A DNA stretch of 64,000 bases from Flavobacteriales bacterium (GTDB lineage: Bacteria > Bacteroidota > Bacteroidia > Flavobacteriales_F > PHOS-HE28). The DNA lies in assembly GCA_044226515.1 (NCBI GenBank), contig JBGAGX010000016.1:9658-73657 (forward strand), given 5' to 3'. This document shows, piece by piece, positions 9,121 through 17,644 of the stretch; the stretch's first letter is position 1; each line of letters begins with the position of its first letter. Under the pieces are notes generated by a model that worked only from the letters and a program-made list of their open reading frames with translations, was not told the origin of the DNA and searched no databases. Made by a program: the position numbers and the translations under genes.

Positions 9121-9152
9121 CAACAACAAAGGCGCCCTTTCGGACGCCTTTG
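9121..9152 (-). terminator. Rho-independent terminator after the fasciclin gene
   Basis: Minus strand CAAAGGCGUCC-GAAA-GGGCGCCUUUG followed by UUGUUG. Confidence 0.75.
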
Positions 9153-9209
9153 CTGACTTTCACCCGGAACGGAGATCCCGATGGATCTTCGCGACAGGGT
9201 CTGATACGG

Positions 9210-9758
9210 TCACTGCGGGAGCAGGACCTTGTCGATCACGTGGATGATGCCATTGCTCGTGGGGATGCTGGCCAGCACGGTGGCATCGTTGATCCTGATC
9301 TTGCCATCCTTGTTGGAGACCTTCGCATTCTTCAGGTTCACCATGTTGAGGACCTTGCCATCGGTGAGCTGCTCGGGCTTGAGGACACCCACCCAGACGT
9401 GGTATTCCAGGATGTTCTGCAGGTCGGCCTTCTTCTCCGGCTTCAGCAGTCCCTCCACCGTACCGGCGGGCAGGGCGTCGAACGCCGCGTTCGTGGGTGC
9501 GAACACCGTGAACGGACCGGCATTGCTGAGCACGTCCACGTAATCCGCCGCCTTCACTGCGGCCACGAGCGTGGTGTGGTCCTTCGAACCCACCGCTACG
9601 GCAACGATGTTCTTCTCGGACTGCTCGTCCACCACGGTGGATTGCCCACCATCGGGGGGGGTGCTCTGCTGCGTGGTGGACTCGTCGGCCGGTCCGTCCC
9701 CTCCGCCACAGGCGGTGAGCAAGGCCAGGATCAAGTACGGAGCGATGGATGTTCGCAT
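9210..9758 (-). CDS. Fasciclin (FAS1) domain lipoprotein
   Basis: Lipobox LLTAC; HTTLVAAVKAA, GPFTVFAPTNAAF, ILEYHV, SNGIIHVIDKVLLP. Confidence 0.92.
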   Translation of the reverse strand: MRTSIAPYLILALLTACGGGDGPADESTTQQSTPPDGGQSTVVDEQSEKNIVAVAVGSKDHTTLVAAVKAADYVDVLSNAGPFTVFAPTNAAFDALPAGTVEGLLKPEKKADLQNILEYHVWVGVLKPEQLTDGKVLNMVNLKNAKVSNKDGKIRINDATVLASIPTSNGIIHVIDKVLLPQ

Positions 9759-9796
9759 TGTGTGCAGGTAGGTCATGGCGATCGGGTTCGTTACAT

Positions 9797-9844
9797 GGAC
9801 CAATTTGTCCGCTTTGTGACATTTGTCACATGATGAACATCACA
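9797..9844. promoter_or_regulatory. Composite operator: GGAC-N6-GTCC plus two tandem CRP-like boxes
   Basis: GGACCAATTTGTCC (9797-9810), perfect TGTGA-CATTTG-TCACA (9815-9830), CATGA-TGAACA-TCACA (9829-9844). Confidence 0.7.
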
Positions 9845-9964
9845 TCGCGGACTGCTTTTGGTCAGTTCGTGCGACCAGGTCCCACCACGCTCGGAACGTA
9901 TCGAAGTGCATCGGGACATCGATCGGGAAATCCAGCGGCGGCGCCCACATCGGTCCCTCTTCCC

Positions 9965-10732
9965 TCAGAGGTCCTTCCGCCGGAAGACCCGGAAGCAGAG
10001 CAGCGTGGGCCACACCGCCCAAAGGGCCATGAGCCCGATCGCGAGCAGGATGCCCTTCAGCGAGCCGAAGAACTCCTGGTAGATGGCGCCGCTGTAACCC
10101 ATCATGGCCGCGAGGTCCACGCGGAGCATAACGGCGATCCGCGCCAGGTCGATGGGGTTGAGCGCGGCGAGCGGCACCACCCACGGCTCGATGGGCCGGT
10201 CGCTCATGGCGAACATCAGCGCCATGAGCAGTGCATCGTACACGAGCACGAAGAGGAACCAGATGAAGAGCCCGATGCCCACGCCGCGCGCCTTGTCGCG
10301 ATGCGTGAGCGCCACGAGCGTGCCCAGCGGGACGAAGATGAGCACCAGCATCGCGGTCGACAGGAAGAGCAGGAGCGACACCGCCCCGGGCAGGTGCACC
10401 AGCAGGGGCAGGCCCAGACCGAAGGCCAGGGCCCCGAGCAACGCCAAGGCCATCGCGGCAAGTCGGCCGGCCAGGATGGACGAACGACCGATCGGCTGCA
10501 CAGCCAGCAGTTGGGTGAACTCCTGCGTATCGTAGCTGTACACGATGGTGAACACGAGCGTGACCAGGGGAACAAGGGCCAACGCCACCTGCACCAGGCT
10601 GAGCAGGGCCTTCATGGGGTCGGACTCGATGCGGAAGAGCCCCTCGGTAAGCACGAGCAACAACACGGCGAAGGCCAGCACGAACCGGTTCCTGGCCAGG
10701 TCGACGAGCGTGTACTTGAGGACCTTGCTCAT
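9965..10732 (-). CDS. nosY: Nos ABC transporter permease
   Basis: Multi-TM ABC-2-type permease (LNPIDLARI); ATGA overlap with nosF; last gene of the nos operon. Confidence 0.88.
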   Translation of the reverse strand: MSKVLKYTLVDLARNRFVLAFAVLLLVLTEGLFRIESDPMKALLSLVQVALALVPLVTLVFTIVYSYDTQEFTQLLAVQPIGRSSILAGRLAAMALALLGALAFGLGLPLLVHLPGAVSLLLFLSTAMLVLIFVPLGTLVALTHRDKARGVGIGLFIWFLFVLVYDALLMALMFAMSDRPIEPWVVPLAALNPIDLARIAVMLRVDLAAMMGYSGAIYQEFFGSLKGILLAIGLMALWAVWPTLLCFRVFRRKDL

Positions 10733-11448
10733 GTGGTCGGGGTGCTGAGCAGGATGGGGAGGGCCTGGGCAAGACGGTCCGCCCCGGTCCGCACGAGGAT
10801 CTCACGCATCGGCAGTAGGAAACGCAAGGTCCCGTCCTGGATGTACGCCACCCGGTCCGCGAGCGTTTCCACCTCCTCCAACAGGTGCGAGGTGATCAGT
10901 ACGGTGCCGCCCTGTGCACGAACGCCAGCGGCCTTGTCCAGCACGGTGCGGGCGGAGAGCGGATCAAGACCGGCCGTGGGCTCGTCCATCACCAGCACCG
11001 AAGGCCTGGAGCGGAAGGCGAGCACCGCGCTCACCTTCTGGCAGGTGCCACCGGAAAGCGTCGAAAGTCGCTTGTCGAGCTGGGTATGCAGGCCGAGCGC
11101 CTCCACCAGGCCATCATCGGCTTCCTGCGCCCGCATGCCCCGCACATCGAGCATCATATCGAACAGCTGGCCGATGCTGAGCGAAGGGGGGAACTGCGAG
11201 ATCTGGGGCATGTACCCGATGGACCTCCGGTAGGCCGGATCGTTGCCCACCACCTTGCCGCCAACCAGCACGCGCCCTTCGGACGGCCGCACCAGGCCCA
11301 ACAGGCATTTGATGAGGGTGGTCTTGCCCGATCCGTTCGGACCGATGAGCATCACCACCTCGCCGGGTCCGAAGCTCGCGTCCACGTGCCGCAACGCCCA
11401 AAGCGCGCGGTACCGCTTGCCCACACCTTCGAAGACCACGTCAGGCAT
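10729..11448 (-). CDS. nosF: Nos ABC transporter ATPase
   Basis: Walker A GPNGSGKTT, LSGGT, VMDEPTAGLDP, ITSH; between nosD and nosY. Confidence 0.9.
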   Translation of the reverse strand: MPDVVFEGVGKRYRALWALRHVDASFGPGEVVMLIGPNGSGKTTLIKCLLGLVRPSEGRVLVGGKVVGNDPAYRRSIGYMPQISQFPPSLSIGQLFDMMLDVRGMRAQEADDGLVEALGLHTQLDKRLSTLSGGTCQKVSAVLAFRSRPSVLVMDEPTAGLDPLSARTVLDKAAGVRAQGGTVLITSHLLEEVETLADRVAYIQDGTLRFLLPMREILVRTGADRLAQALPILLSTPTT

Positions 11449-12676
11449 GCGGCGCTCGCATCAGGGGCCGGTCGTCGCGCAGGGCCTCGGGTGACAGGGA
11501 GGGAATGATGCGTTCGGCGCGGTCGAGCAGGGCCACGAAGAGGCTTCGGGAGAAGACCATCGCGTAGGGCACGCGCTCCACGAGCAGTGCGAAGAACCCG
11601 AGCGGCCGGTAGGGCACATCGCCCCGGCCATCGCGGTCGAGGTCGTAGCCCGAATAGCGGTCCCAGTAGTTACCTGTGATCGTGTTCAGCATCAGGTCGC
11701 CGTTCGTGCTCAGGTCGAAGGTGTTGCCTTGGAACACATTGCCCTCGAAGGTGCAGGTCATGGCGTTCGCGTACAACCGAAGGGCCCACCCGTTCAGCAG
11801 GAATCGGTTGCGGCTGGCGGTGATGCGATTGCAACCGTCCACCAGCAGGGCCGTGGTGTTGTCCGTGAACTCATTGTCGCCGATCTCACCGTCATTGATC
11901 TCCTTAAGTAGTAGGCCATAGGCGCTGCCTCCCCGATTGCGCAGGAAGCGGTTGCGGTGCATGCCGATGTGGTGGCTGAACATCACCGCCACACCGGCCC
12001 CGTTATCCTCGAACCGGTTGTCCTCGTAGGCATCACGGTGGCTGAACATGAAATGGAGACCGTACCGCGTGTTGCCACGGCTCGTGTTCCGTTCGATCCG
12101 CGAGTCGGTCACGAACTCGAAGTAGATGCCGTCGCGATGGCGTTCGATCGTGTTCCTGAGGATGCGTGCCCCGCTGCATTTCCATAAGTGGATGCCGTTC
12201 CCCATCTGCTCCTCGCGCAGGTTCTCCCCCACCACCTGGTTCTCCTCGATCAGCGCATCGGACGCGCCGCTGAGGTAGATGGCGAAGAAGCAGCCCTCGA
12301 GGCGGTTCCGTCGAAGCACCACGTGCCGCGCGCCCTTCACCTTGATACCGGCGTTGTCGTCCAGGTTGCTGATGCGGGTGCCACGGATGATCAATCCCTC
12401 GATGGTGACATCATCCGCGTTGATCACCACCACCTCGCCCAAGCCCCCGCCGTCAACGCCCGCACCGGGCCTGCCGAGCAGGCGGACCGGCTTGTCGATC
12501 CGCACCACGCCTTCGCGCACCATGCCCTCGATCCACACCGTATCGTGGGCTTCGGCCCGCCGGAGCACTTCCTGCAGTCCTGGTGACCCACCGGCCTTCA
12601 CCGCCCAGCTGCGCGCCGTCACCCGGGCCGGCAGAAGGGCAAGGAGCAGCAGAAGTGGTCCAAGGAAGTGCCTCAC
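11441..12676 (-). CDS. nosD: Nitrous oxide reductase maturation protein NosD
   Basis: Parallel beta-helix repeats, GNGIHLWKC, RDGIYFEF, RYGLHFMFS, GNYWDRYSGYDLDRDGRGDVPY. Confidence 0.95.
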   Translation of the reverse strand: MRHFLGPLLLLLALLPARVTARSWAVKAGGSPGLQEVLRRAEAHDTVWIEGMVREGVVRIDKPVRLLGRPGAGVDGGGLGEVVVINADDVTIEGLIIRGTRISNLDDNAGIKVKGARHVVLRRNRLEGCFFAIYLSGASDALIEENQVVGENLREEQMGNGIHLWKCSGARILRNTIERHRDGIYFEFVTDSRIERNTSRGNTRYGLHFMFSHRDAYEDNRFEDNGAGVAVMFSHHIGMHRNRFLRNRGGSAYGLLLKEINDGEIGDNEFTDNTTALLVDGCNRITASRNRFLLNGWALRLYANAMTCTFEGNVFQGNTFDLSTNGDLMLNTITGNYWDRYSGYDLDRDGRGDVPYRPLGFFALLVERVPYAMVFSRSLFVALLDRAERIIPSLSPEALRDDRPLMRAPHA

Positions 12677-13119
12677 GGTGCGAGGAGCTTTCGGACCCCG
12701 GCCCAGTCCAGCTTCTCCCCGCCGTCCCGCCGCATCGCCGCATCACGGTCCGCCTCCGTCGCGAACGCGGCCACATCCCCGCGCATCGGACTGCGGAAGG
12801 CCGGCCCATGCAGGTAGAGGCAAGAGGCGGCATCGAGCAGTACGCCCGGATGCGCATGGTCACAGACGTACCAGGATGCGACCTGATCCTCGGTGACCGT
12901 GCCGCCGACCACGAAGGGCACCATGCACTCCATGCCATCGAACACGTACTGGCGTCCCGCCTTGGTGATCAGGGCGGCCGCGAACCGCTGGTCCACCACG
13001 GTCATGCGGCAGTGGGAGCACTCGGCCTTGCCGAAGTCGATGCGGGGCGTCGGGCTGCCGCAGGAAAGCAGCAACAGGTGCACGACGAGCGTTCCGAGGC
13101 GGAAGAGGGTCCGACGCAT
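12673..13119 (-). CDS. nosL: Copper chaperone lipoprotein NosL
   Basis: Lipobox LLLSC; CSHCRM, FDGMECM, SPMRG motifs. Confidence 0.9.
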   Translation of the reverse strand: MRRTLFRLGTLVVHLLLLSCGSPTPRIDFGKAECSHCRMTVVDQRFAAALITKAGRQYVFDGMECMVPFVVGGTVTEDQVASWYVCDHAHPGVLLDAASCLYLHGPAFRSPMRGDVAAFATEADRDAAMRRDGGEKLDWAGVRKLLAP

Positions 13120-13124
13120 GGTGT

Positions 13125-13715
13125 TCACTTGGTGGTGGGCTTCGGCCATCGCCATTCGACGAACCAGACGAGGCATGCGGTGATGATCACGCCGAAGAGG
13201 ACCCAGCCCCCGGTGTCCGGAAGGGACCAGGCGTCGAAGTTCAGGAGCTGCTTGTGCCCGATGAGGGGAGGTTGATAGGCCATGCCCTCCACCTTGATGG
13301 CGGCGTGCGGATCGAGGTCGTGACCGTACTTGTACCCCCAGGCGTACATGTCCCACATGGCCCAGATCATGAAGGCGAAGAGGGCCATGACCCAGCTGAA
13401 GAACGCGCCACGCCGCCCGATCACCGCGGCCACCAGGCCCCAGCCGATGAGCAGGTACAGGGCGTAGCGCATGATGGCGAACTCAGGGAACATCTCATTG
13501 TGGATCGTGGCCATGCCGATGTAGTGGTTCAGGCCGTTGATCTTGTCCACATCACCGGTGAAGCTGTCGTGGTAGATCTGGAGCGCCAGGCCTTCCGGAT
13601 ACTGCGGCGCGGAGAGGTCGATGCGCCAGATGGGCACGTACAGCAGACTGATCATGGCGAGCGCGGCCACGGCCACAGCGATGCGAGAGGTCCGTCGGGG
13701 ATGGGGGATCGTCAT
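13125..13715 (-). CDS. Clade II nos membrane protein (NosB-like)
   Basis: WRIDLSAPQYPEGL, INGLNHYIGM, YKYGHDLDPHAAI, YQPPLIG.KQLLNF; directly after nosZ. Confidence 0.8.
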   Translation of the reverse strand: MTIPHPRRTSRIAVAVAALAMISLLYVPIWRIDLSAPQYPEGLALQIYHDSFTGDVDKINGLNHYIGMATIHNEMFPEFAIMRYALYLLIGWGLVAAVIGRRGAFFSWVMALFAFMIWAMWDMYAWGYKYGHDLDPHAAIKVEGMAYQPPLIGHKQLLNFDAWSLPDTGGWVLFGVIITACLVWFVEWRWPKPTTK

Positions 13716-13780
13716 GGTGCTCGGTCGGTCGGGCGCACCGGCGGCCATGCCACCGATGCGCCCTTCCGGTGCTCGTTCAA

Positions 13781-15772
13781 CTAGGATCCGGCGTCCACCG
13801 AACGGGTCTCTCCTTTGAGGGGGATGGAACTGCCCGCGGGGCTCACCCGGATGTACCCCTGCATCTCCTGGTGGAGGGCCGAGCAGAAGTCGGTGCAGTA
13901 GAAGGGAACGACGCCCACCTGGTCAGGCACCCACTTCAGGGTCTGCGTCTCACCGGGCATGATCAGCAGCTCCGCGTTGGCCGCACCCTTCACGGCGAAG
14001 CCATGCGGAACGTCCCAGTCCTGTTCCAGGTTGGTCACATGGAAGTACACCTCATCCCCGAGCTTCACCCCTTCGATGTTGTCGGGTGCGAAGTGCGAGC
14101 GGATGCAGGTCATCCAGATGTGCACCTCCTTGCCCTTGCGCTCCACCTTGGTGTCCTTCTCGCCCTTGGACACGTAGGGGTGCTTGTTGTGGTCGATCTT
14201 GAAGAACTTCACCTCACGCGGCCGCACCAGGTCGGCCGGGATGGCCTGCGCGTAGTGGGGTTCACCCGTGGTGGGGAAGTCCAGCAGCAATTCCATCTTG
14301 TCGCCGTCGATGCTGAAAAGCTGCGCGCTCTGGGTGAGCTCGGGACCGGTGGGGAGGTAGCGGTCCTTGGTGATCTTGTTGTACGCGATCACGTACTTGC
14401 CCCAGGGCTTGCGGCTGTCGCCGCCCGGCACGCACAGGTGCCCGATGCTGTAGTAGGTGGGCACCCGGTCGACCACTTCGAGCTTCTCCACGTTCCACTT
14501 CACGATCTCGCTGCTCACGAAGAAGCTCGTATAGGCGTTGCCGTTGGCGTCGAACTCGGTGTGCAGGGGTCCGAGTCCGGGCTTCTTCACCTCGCCATGG
14601 AGCACGCTCTCGTACTTCAGCACGGGGATGCCCATGAAATCACCCTCCAGGTCGTTGGCCGCGATGGCCTTCTGGATCTTCTCGAAGCTGAACACGGGGA
14701 TCAGCGCCGCCAGCTTGCCGCTTCCCACGATGTAGCGCCCGGTGGGGTCCACATCGCACCCGTGCGGGCTCTTGGGACAGGGCATGAAGTAGAGGATGTC
14801 CTTCAGTTCACGGGGGTCGAGCTGCACGATCTCGTCGTAGGTCATGCTCTCTGTGCTATGCGTCTCGTCATTGTACCAGTTGCTCAGGTGCCTGCCCGGT
14901 ACCTTGCGGCCCTTGCCCGCCTTGGCGTACTGCTCCGCCTTCCTCCAGTTCACCGCCATGATGAAATCCTTGTCGCGCTGGCTCGCGTTCACCTCAAGCA
15001 GGCTGTAGGCCTGCTCGGTGTTGTAGCAGCTGAAGAAGAACCAGCCGTCGCTGGGACCCTTGCCGGTGTGGCTCAGGTCGAAGTTCACGCCGGGCGTGAT
15101 GATCTGGAACGCGATGCTCATGTGACCGCTGCTGTCGGGGTGGATGAAGGAGACCGTTCCCTTGAAGTTGTCGCGGTAGCTCTCGATGGGCACATCGCGA
15201 TGCGCATCATCGCCCATGGGGATGCTGAAGCGCGTGCCGCTCACCACGTACTCGCTGTTGGGCGTGGTGAAGGGGCTGCTGTGGTTGCCTGCGCAGTTCG
15301 GGATCTCGATGATGCTCCGTGTGCGGAAGGTCCCCAGATCGATGAGCGCGATCCGCGGGGTGTTGTTGCCATTGATGAAGCACCACTTGCCATCGGGCAC
15401 ACCGTCGGTCTGGCTCAGCTCGGGGTGGTGGCTGTCGTCCCAGGGAACGTAGCCGTGGCTCGTGTTCAGCATGGCCTTGGTCTCTTCCGAGAACCCGTAG
15501 CCGGTCTCGGGATCCTGCGAGAACACGGGGATCTCGCGCAACAGGCGGCCGCTGGGGATGCCGTACACCGCCAGCTGGCCGCTGAAGCCGCCGCTCACGA
15601 AGTTGTAGAACTCATCGTAGCTGCCGGGCTTCACATAGACCTTGGAAGCCGCATCACCGGTCACCACCGTCTTCGTGGTGTTCGGCCTGCAGCCTGGCAT
15701 CATGTTCACGATCAGGAAGGCCGCTGCCGCCACCCCCATCAGGGCGCCGGTCATGAGCAAGGGACGTTTCAT
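13781..15772 (-). CDS. nosZ: Clade II (Sec-dependent) nitrous oxide reductase
   Basis: CuZ His motifs DSHHP, GNHSS, SPHGCD, GPLHTEF, SIGHL, GEPH; CuA HGF...CTDFCSALHQEM; no twin-arginine signal. Confidence 0.97.
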   Translation of the reverse strand: MKRPLLMTGALMGVAAAAFLIVNMMPGCRPNTTKTVVTGDAASKVYVKPGSYDEFYNFVSGGFSGQLAVYGIPSGRLLREIPVFSQDPETGYGFSEETKAMLNTSHGYVPWDDSHHPELSQTDGVPDGKWCFINGNNTPRIALIDLGTFRTRSIIEIPNCAGNHSSPFTTPNSEYVVSGTRFSIPMGDDAHRDVPIESYRDNFKGTVSFIHPDSSGHMSIAFQIITPGVNFDLSHTGKGPSDGWFFFSCYNTEQAYSLLEVNASQRDKDFIMAVNWRKAEQYAKAGKGRKVPGRHLSNWYNDETHSTESMTYDEIVQLDPRELKDILYFMPCPKSPHGCDVDPTGRYIVGSGKLAALIPVFSFEKIQKAIAANDLEGDFMGIPVLKYESVLHGEVKKPGLGPLHTEFDANGNAYTSFFVSSEIVKWNVEKLEVVDRVPTYYSIGHLCVPGGDSRKPWGKYVIAYNKITKDRYLPTGPELTQSAQLFSIDGDKMELLLDFPTTGEPHYAQAIPADLVRPREVKFFKIDHNKHPYVSKGEKDTKVERKGKEVHIWMTCIRSHFAPDNIEGVKLGDEVYFHVTNLEQDWDVPHGFAVKGAANAELLIMPGETQTLKWVPDQVGVVPFYCTDFCSALHQEMQGYIRVSPAGSSIPLKGETRSVDAGS

Positions 15773-15808
15773 CAGGTTCAGGTTTTGGTGGAGGTCCGTT
15801 CGGTGAGG

Positions 15809-16279
15809 TCAAAGGGTACGCATGAACTCAAGCACCTGCCGTCCCTCCTCCTTCGTGAGGTTCTGGTTGGGCATGCGCACAAGGCACTGCTCCAGGAGCT
15901 TCTGCGCCTCCGGATCCTTGTCGAGCATCACATCCACGTTCATGATCATGTTCATGATCCAATCCGGCTGGCGACGCTGGAGGATGCCCTTCCAACCGGG
16001 TCCCACCACCCGGTTCTCCCCGGTGCTGTGGCAGGCTTGGCACTTCACATCGTAGGTGGTCTTGCCTTTCTCCACCATGGCCTTGTCGAGATCGCCGAGG
16101 GTGATGTCCGAGGCCTGGACCATACCGGCCGGCGCGGAGGCCCCGCCCTCGGATGAGGGCATGCTCTCCGGCATCTTCACACCATCCGGCACCTGGCGGG
16201 GCTCCTCGCCTCCGCCACAGGCGGTGAGGAACAGCGATCCGGCAAGGAGGATGGCTGTGGTCAATTGGTTCGTGTTCAT
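15809..16279 (-). CDS. Monoheme cytochrome c lipoprotein (nos-associated)
   Basis: Lipobox FLTAC; CQACH heme motif; distal Met in RMPNQ; first gene of the nos operon. Confidence 0.92.
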   Translation of the reverse strand: MNTNQLTTAILLAGSLFLTACGGGEEPRQVPDGVKMPESMPSSEGGASAPAGMVQASDITLGDLDKAMVEKGKTTYDVKCQACHSTGENRVVGPGWKGILQRRQPDWIMNMIMNVDVMLDKDPEAQKLLEQCLVRMPNQNLTKEEGRQVLEFMRTL

Positions 16280-16309
16280 GTTCCTTGGTGTTATGATCGA
16301 TCCCGATCG

Positions 16310-16359
16310 TGTGACAAATATCATCGGACTTTTCGATCCGGTTTATGATGTTTGTCACA
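16310..16359. promoter_or_regulatory. Divergent promoter with two CRP/FNR-like boxes flanking a GGAC-N6-ATCC near-palindrome
   Basis: TGTGA-CAAATA-TCATC (16310-16325), GGACTTTTCGATCC (16326-16339), TATGA-TGTTTG-TCACA (16344-16359). Confidence 0.7.
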
Positions 16360-16392
16360 CCTCATCCTGACCTACACCCCGGCGCACCGACC

Positions 16393-17643
16393 ATGAGCGA
16401 GCTTAACCCAGCACCCATGCGGAACGGGGCCATGCGTGGCTGGTTCCTGGCGGCCCTCGCGAACCTGTTGATCGCGGCGTGCATCGGCACCACCCTGCGC
16501 GCGGTGTACATCTGGGAGATCCCCTTCGTCCGCTTCAAGCCCTTGCTGCACGCCCATTCGCATGTGGCGATGCTGGGCTGGCTCTTCCCGGCGTTGGCGG
16601 TGTTCCTGCTCCGTGACGAGGCGCCCGGGGGGCCCTCCCGGGTCAGCCGGCGTTTGTTGCTTGTGGCCCAACTGGCGGTGGCGGCCATGCTCTTCAGCTT
16701 CCCCGTGCAGGGCTACGGCAGCATCTCGATCCCCGCCGCAAGCCTGCACCTGCTAACCGGCTACATCATCGCCCTTCGCATCTGGAAGGCCACGCAAGGC
16801 TGGGAGCCCGGCGGTAGCCGCTTGCTCGCCCGGATGGCCGTGATCATGATGACCATCAGCACACTTGGGGTCTGGGCCATCGGCCCCGTGCTCGCCAATG
16901 GTCTCTTCGGGACCGAGGCCTACTATTGGAGCATCCAGTTCTTCCTGCACTTCCAGATGAACGGCTGGTTCTGGTTCGGCGCCCTCGCGCTGTGGTCGCG
17001 ATGGGCCGAGACCCACGGGGATCCGCGTCCCTTTGACCGAACCACCATCCGGCTCTGGACGATCTCCACCTTCATGACCTTCGCCCTCGCGATCGCCTGG
17101 AGCGAGCGTCACCCCGTCGTGTACGCCGTGAACTCCGTGGGCGTGGTGCTCCAGGCCTGGGCCGGATGGCGCACCTTCCGGTCGATCCGCAGCGCACAGT
17201 CCGGGCTTCACACCAAGGCCGCATTATGGGCCTGGCGTTGCGTCACCTACGCACTGGTGGGCATGGCCCTGAAGGTGCTGATGCAGGCCGCGGTGGCCAT
17301 CCCTCCGCTCGCGGTCATGGCCTTCACCATACGCAACTACGTGATCGGCTTCATCCACCTCAACATGCTCGGCGCCATCAGCCTCATGCTCTTCGCGATG
17401 GCCCTGCTCGAGGGATGGTTCATCTCCACCCATCGCACGGCCCGCATCGGGCTGTCGCTGTTCACGGGCGGCGTGCTGCTCAGTGAATTGCTGCTCTTCG
17501 GCCAAGGCACTCTGTGGTGGACGGGGATCGGCACCATCCCCGGCTACTACGCACTGCTGGCGGGCGTTTCGGCCCTGATGCCCGCGGGCGTGCTCACCCT
17601 CCTGGTACATGCCCTGCGGACACGCTCCGCGGCAGGCGGGTGA
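16393..17643 (+). CDS. Polytopic membrane protein with repeated His motifs (heme-copper-oxidase/NnrS-like fold suspected)
   Basis: About 12 TM segments; HAHSHVAMLGW, LHFQMNGWF, FIHLNMLGA spaced in three repeats. Confidence 0.65.
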   Translation: MSELNPAPMRNGAMRGWFLAALANLLIAACIGTTLRAVYIWEIPFVRFKPLLHAHSHVAMLGWLFPALAVFLLRDEAPGGPSRVSRRLLLVAQLAVAAMLFSFPVQGYGSISIPAASLHLLTGYIIALRIWKATQGWEPGGSRLLARMAVIMMTISTLGVWAIGPVLANGLFGTEAYYWSIQFFLHFQMNGWFWFGALALWSRWAETHGDPRPFDRTTIRLWTISTFMTFALAIAWSERHPVVYAVNSVGVVLQAWAGWRTFRSIRSAQSGLHTKAALWAWRCVTYALVGMALKVLMQAAVAIPPLAVMAFTIRNYVIGFIHLNMLGAISLMLFAMALLEGWFISTHRTARIGLSLFTGGVLLSELLLFGQGTLWWTGIGTIPGYYALLAGVSALMPAGVLTLLVHALRTRSAAGG

Positions 17644-17644
17644 C

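Noticed and set aside
16393-17643. Calling this a true cytochrome c oxidase or NorB subunit
   Set aside because: I could not find the canonical W..GHP.V and adjacent HH ligands, and there is no subunit II nearby
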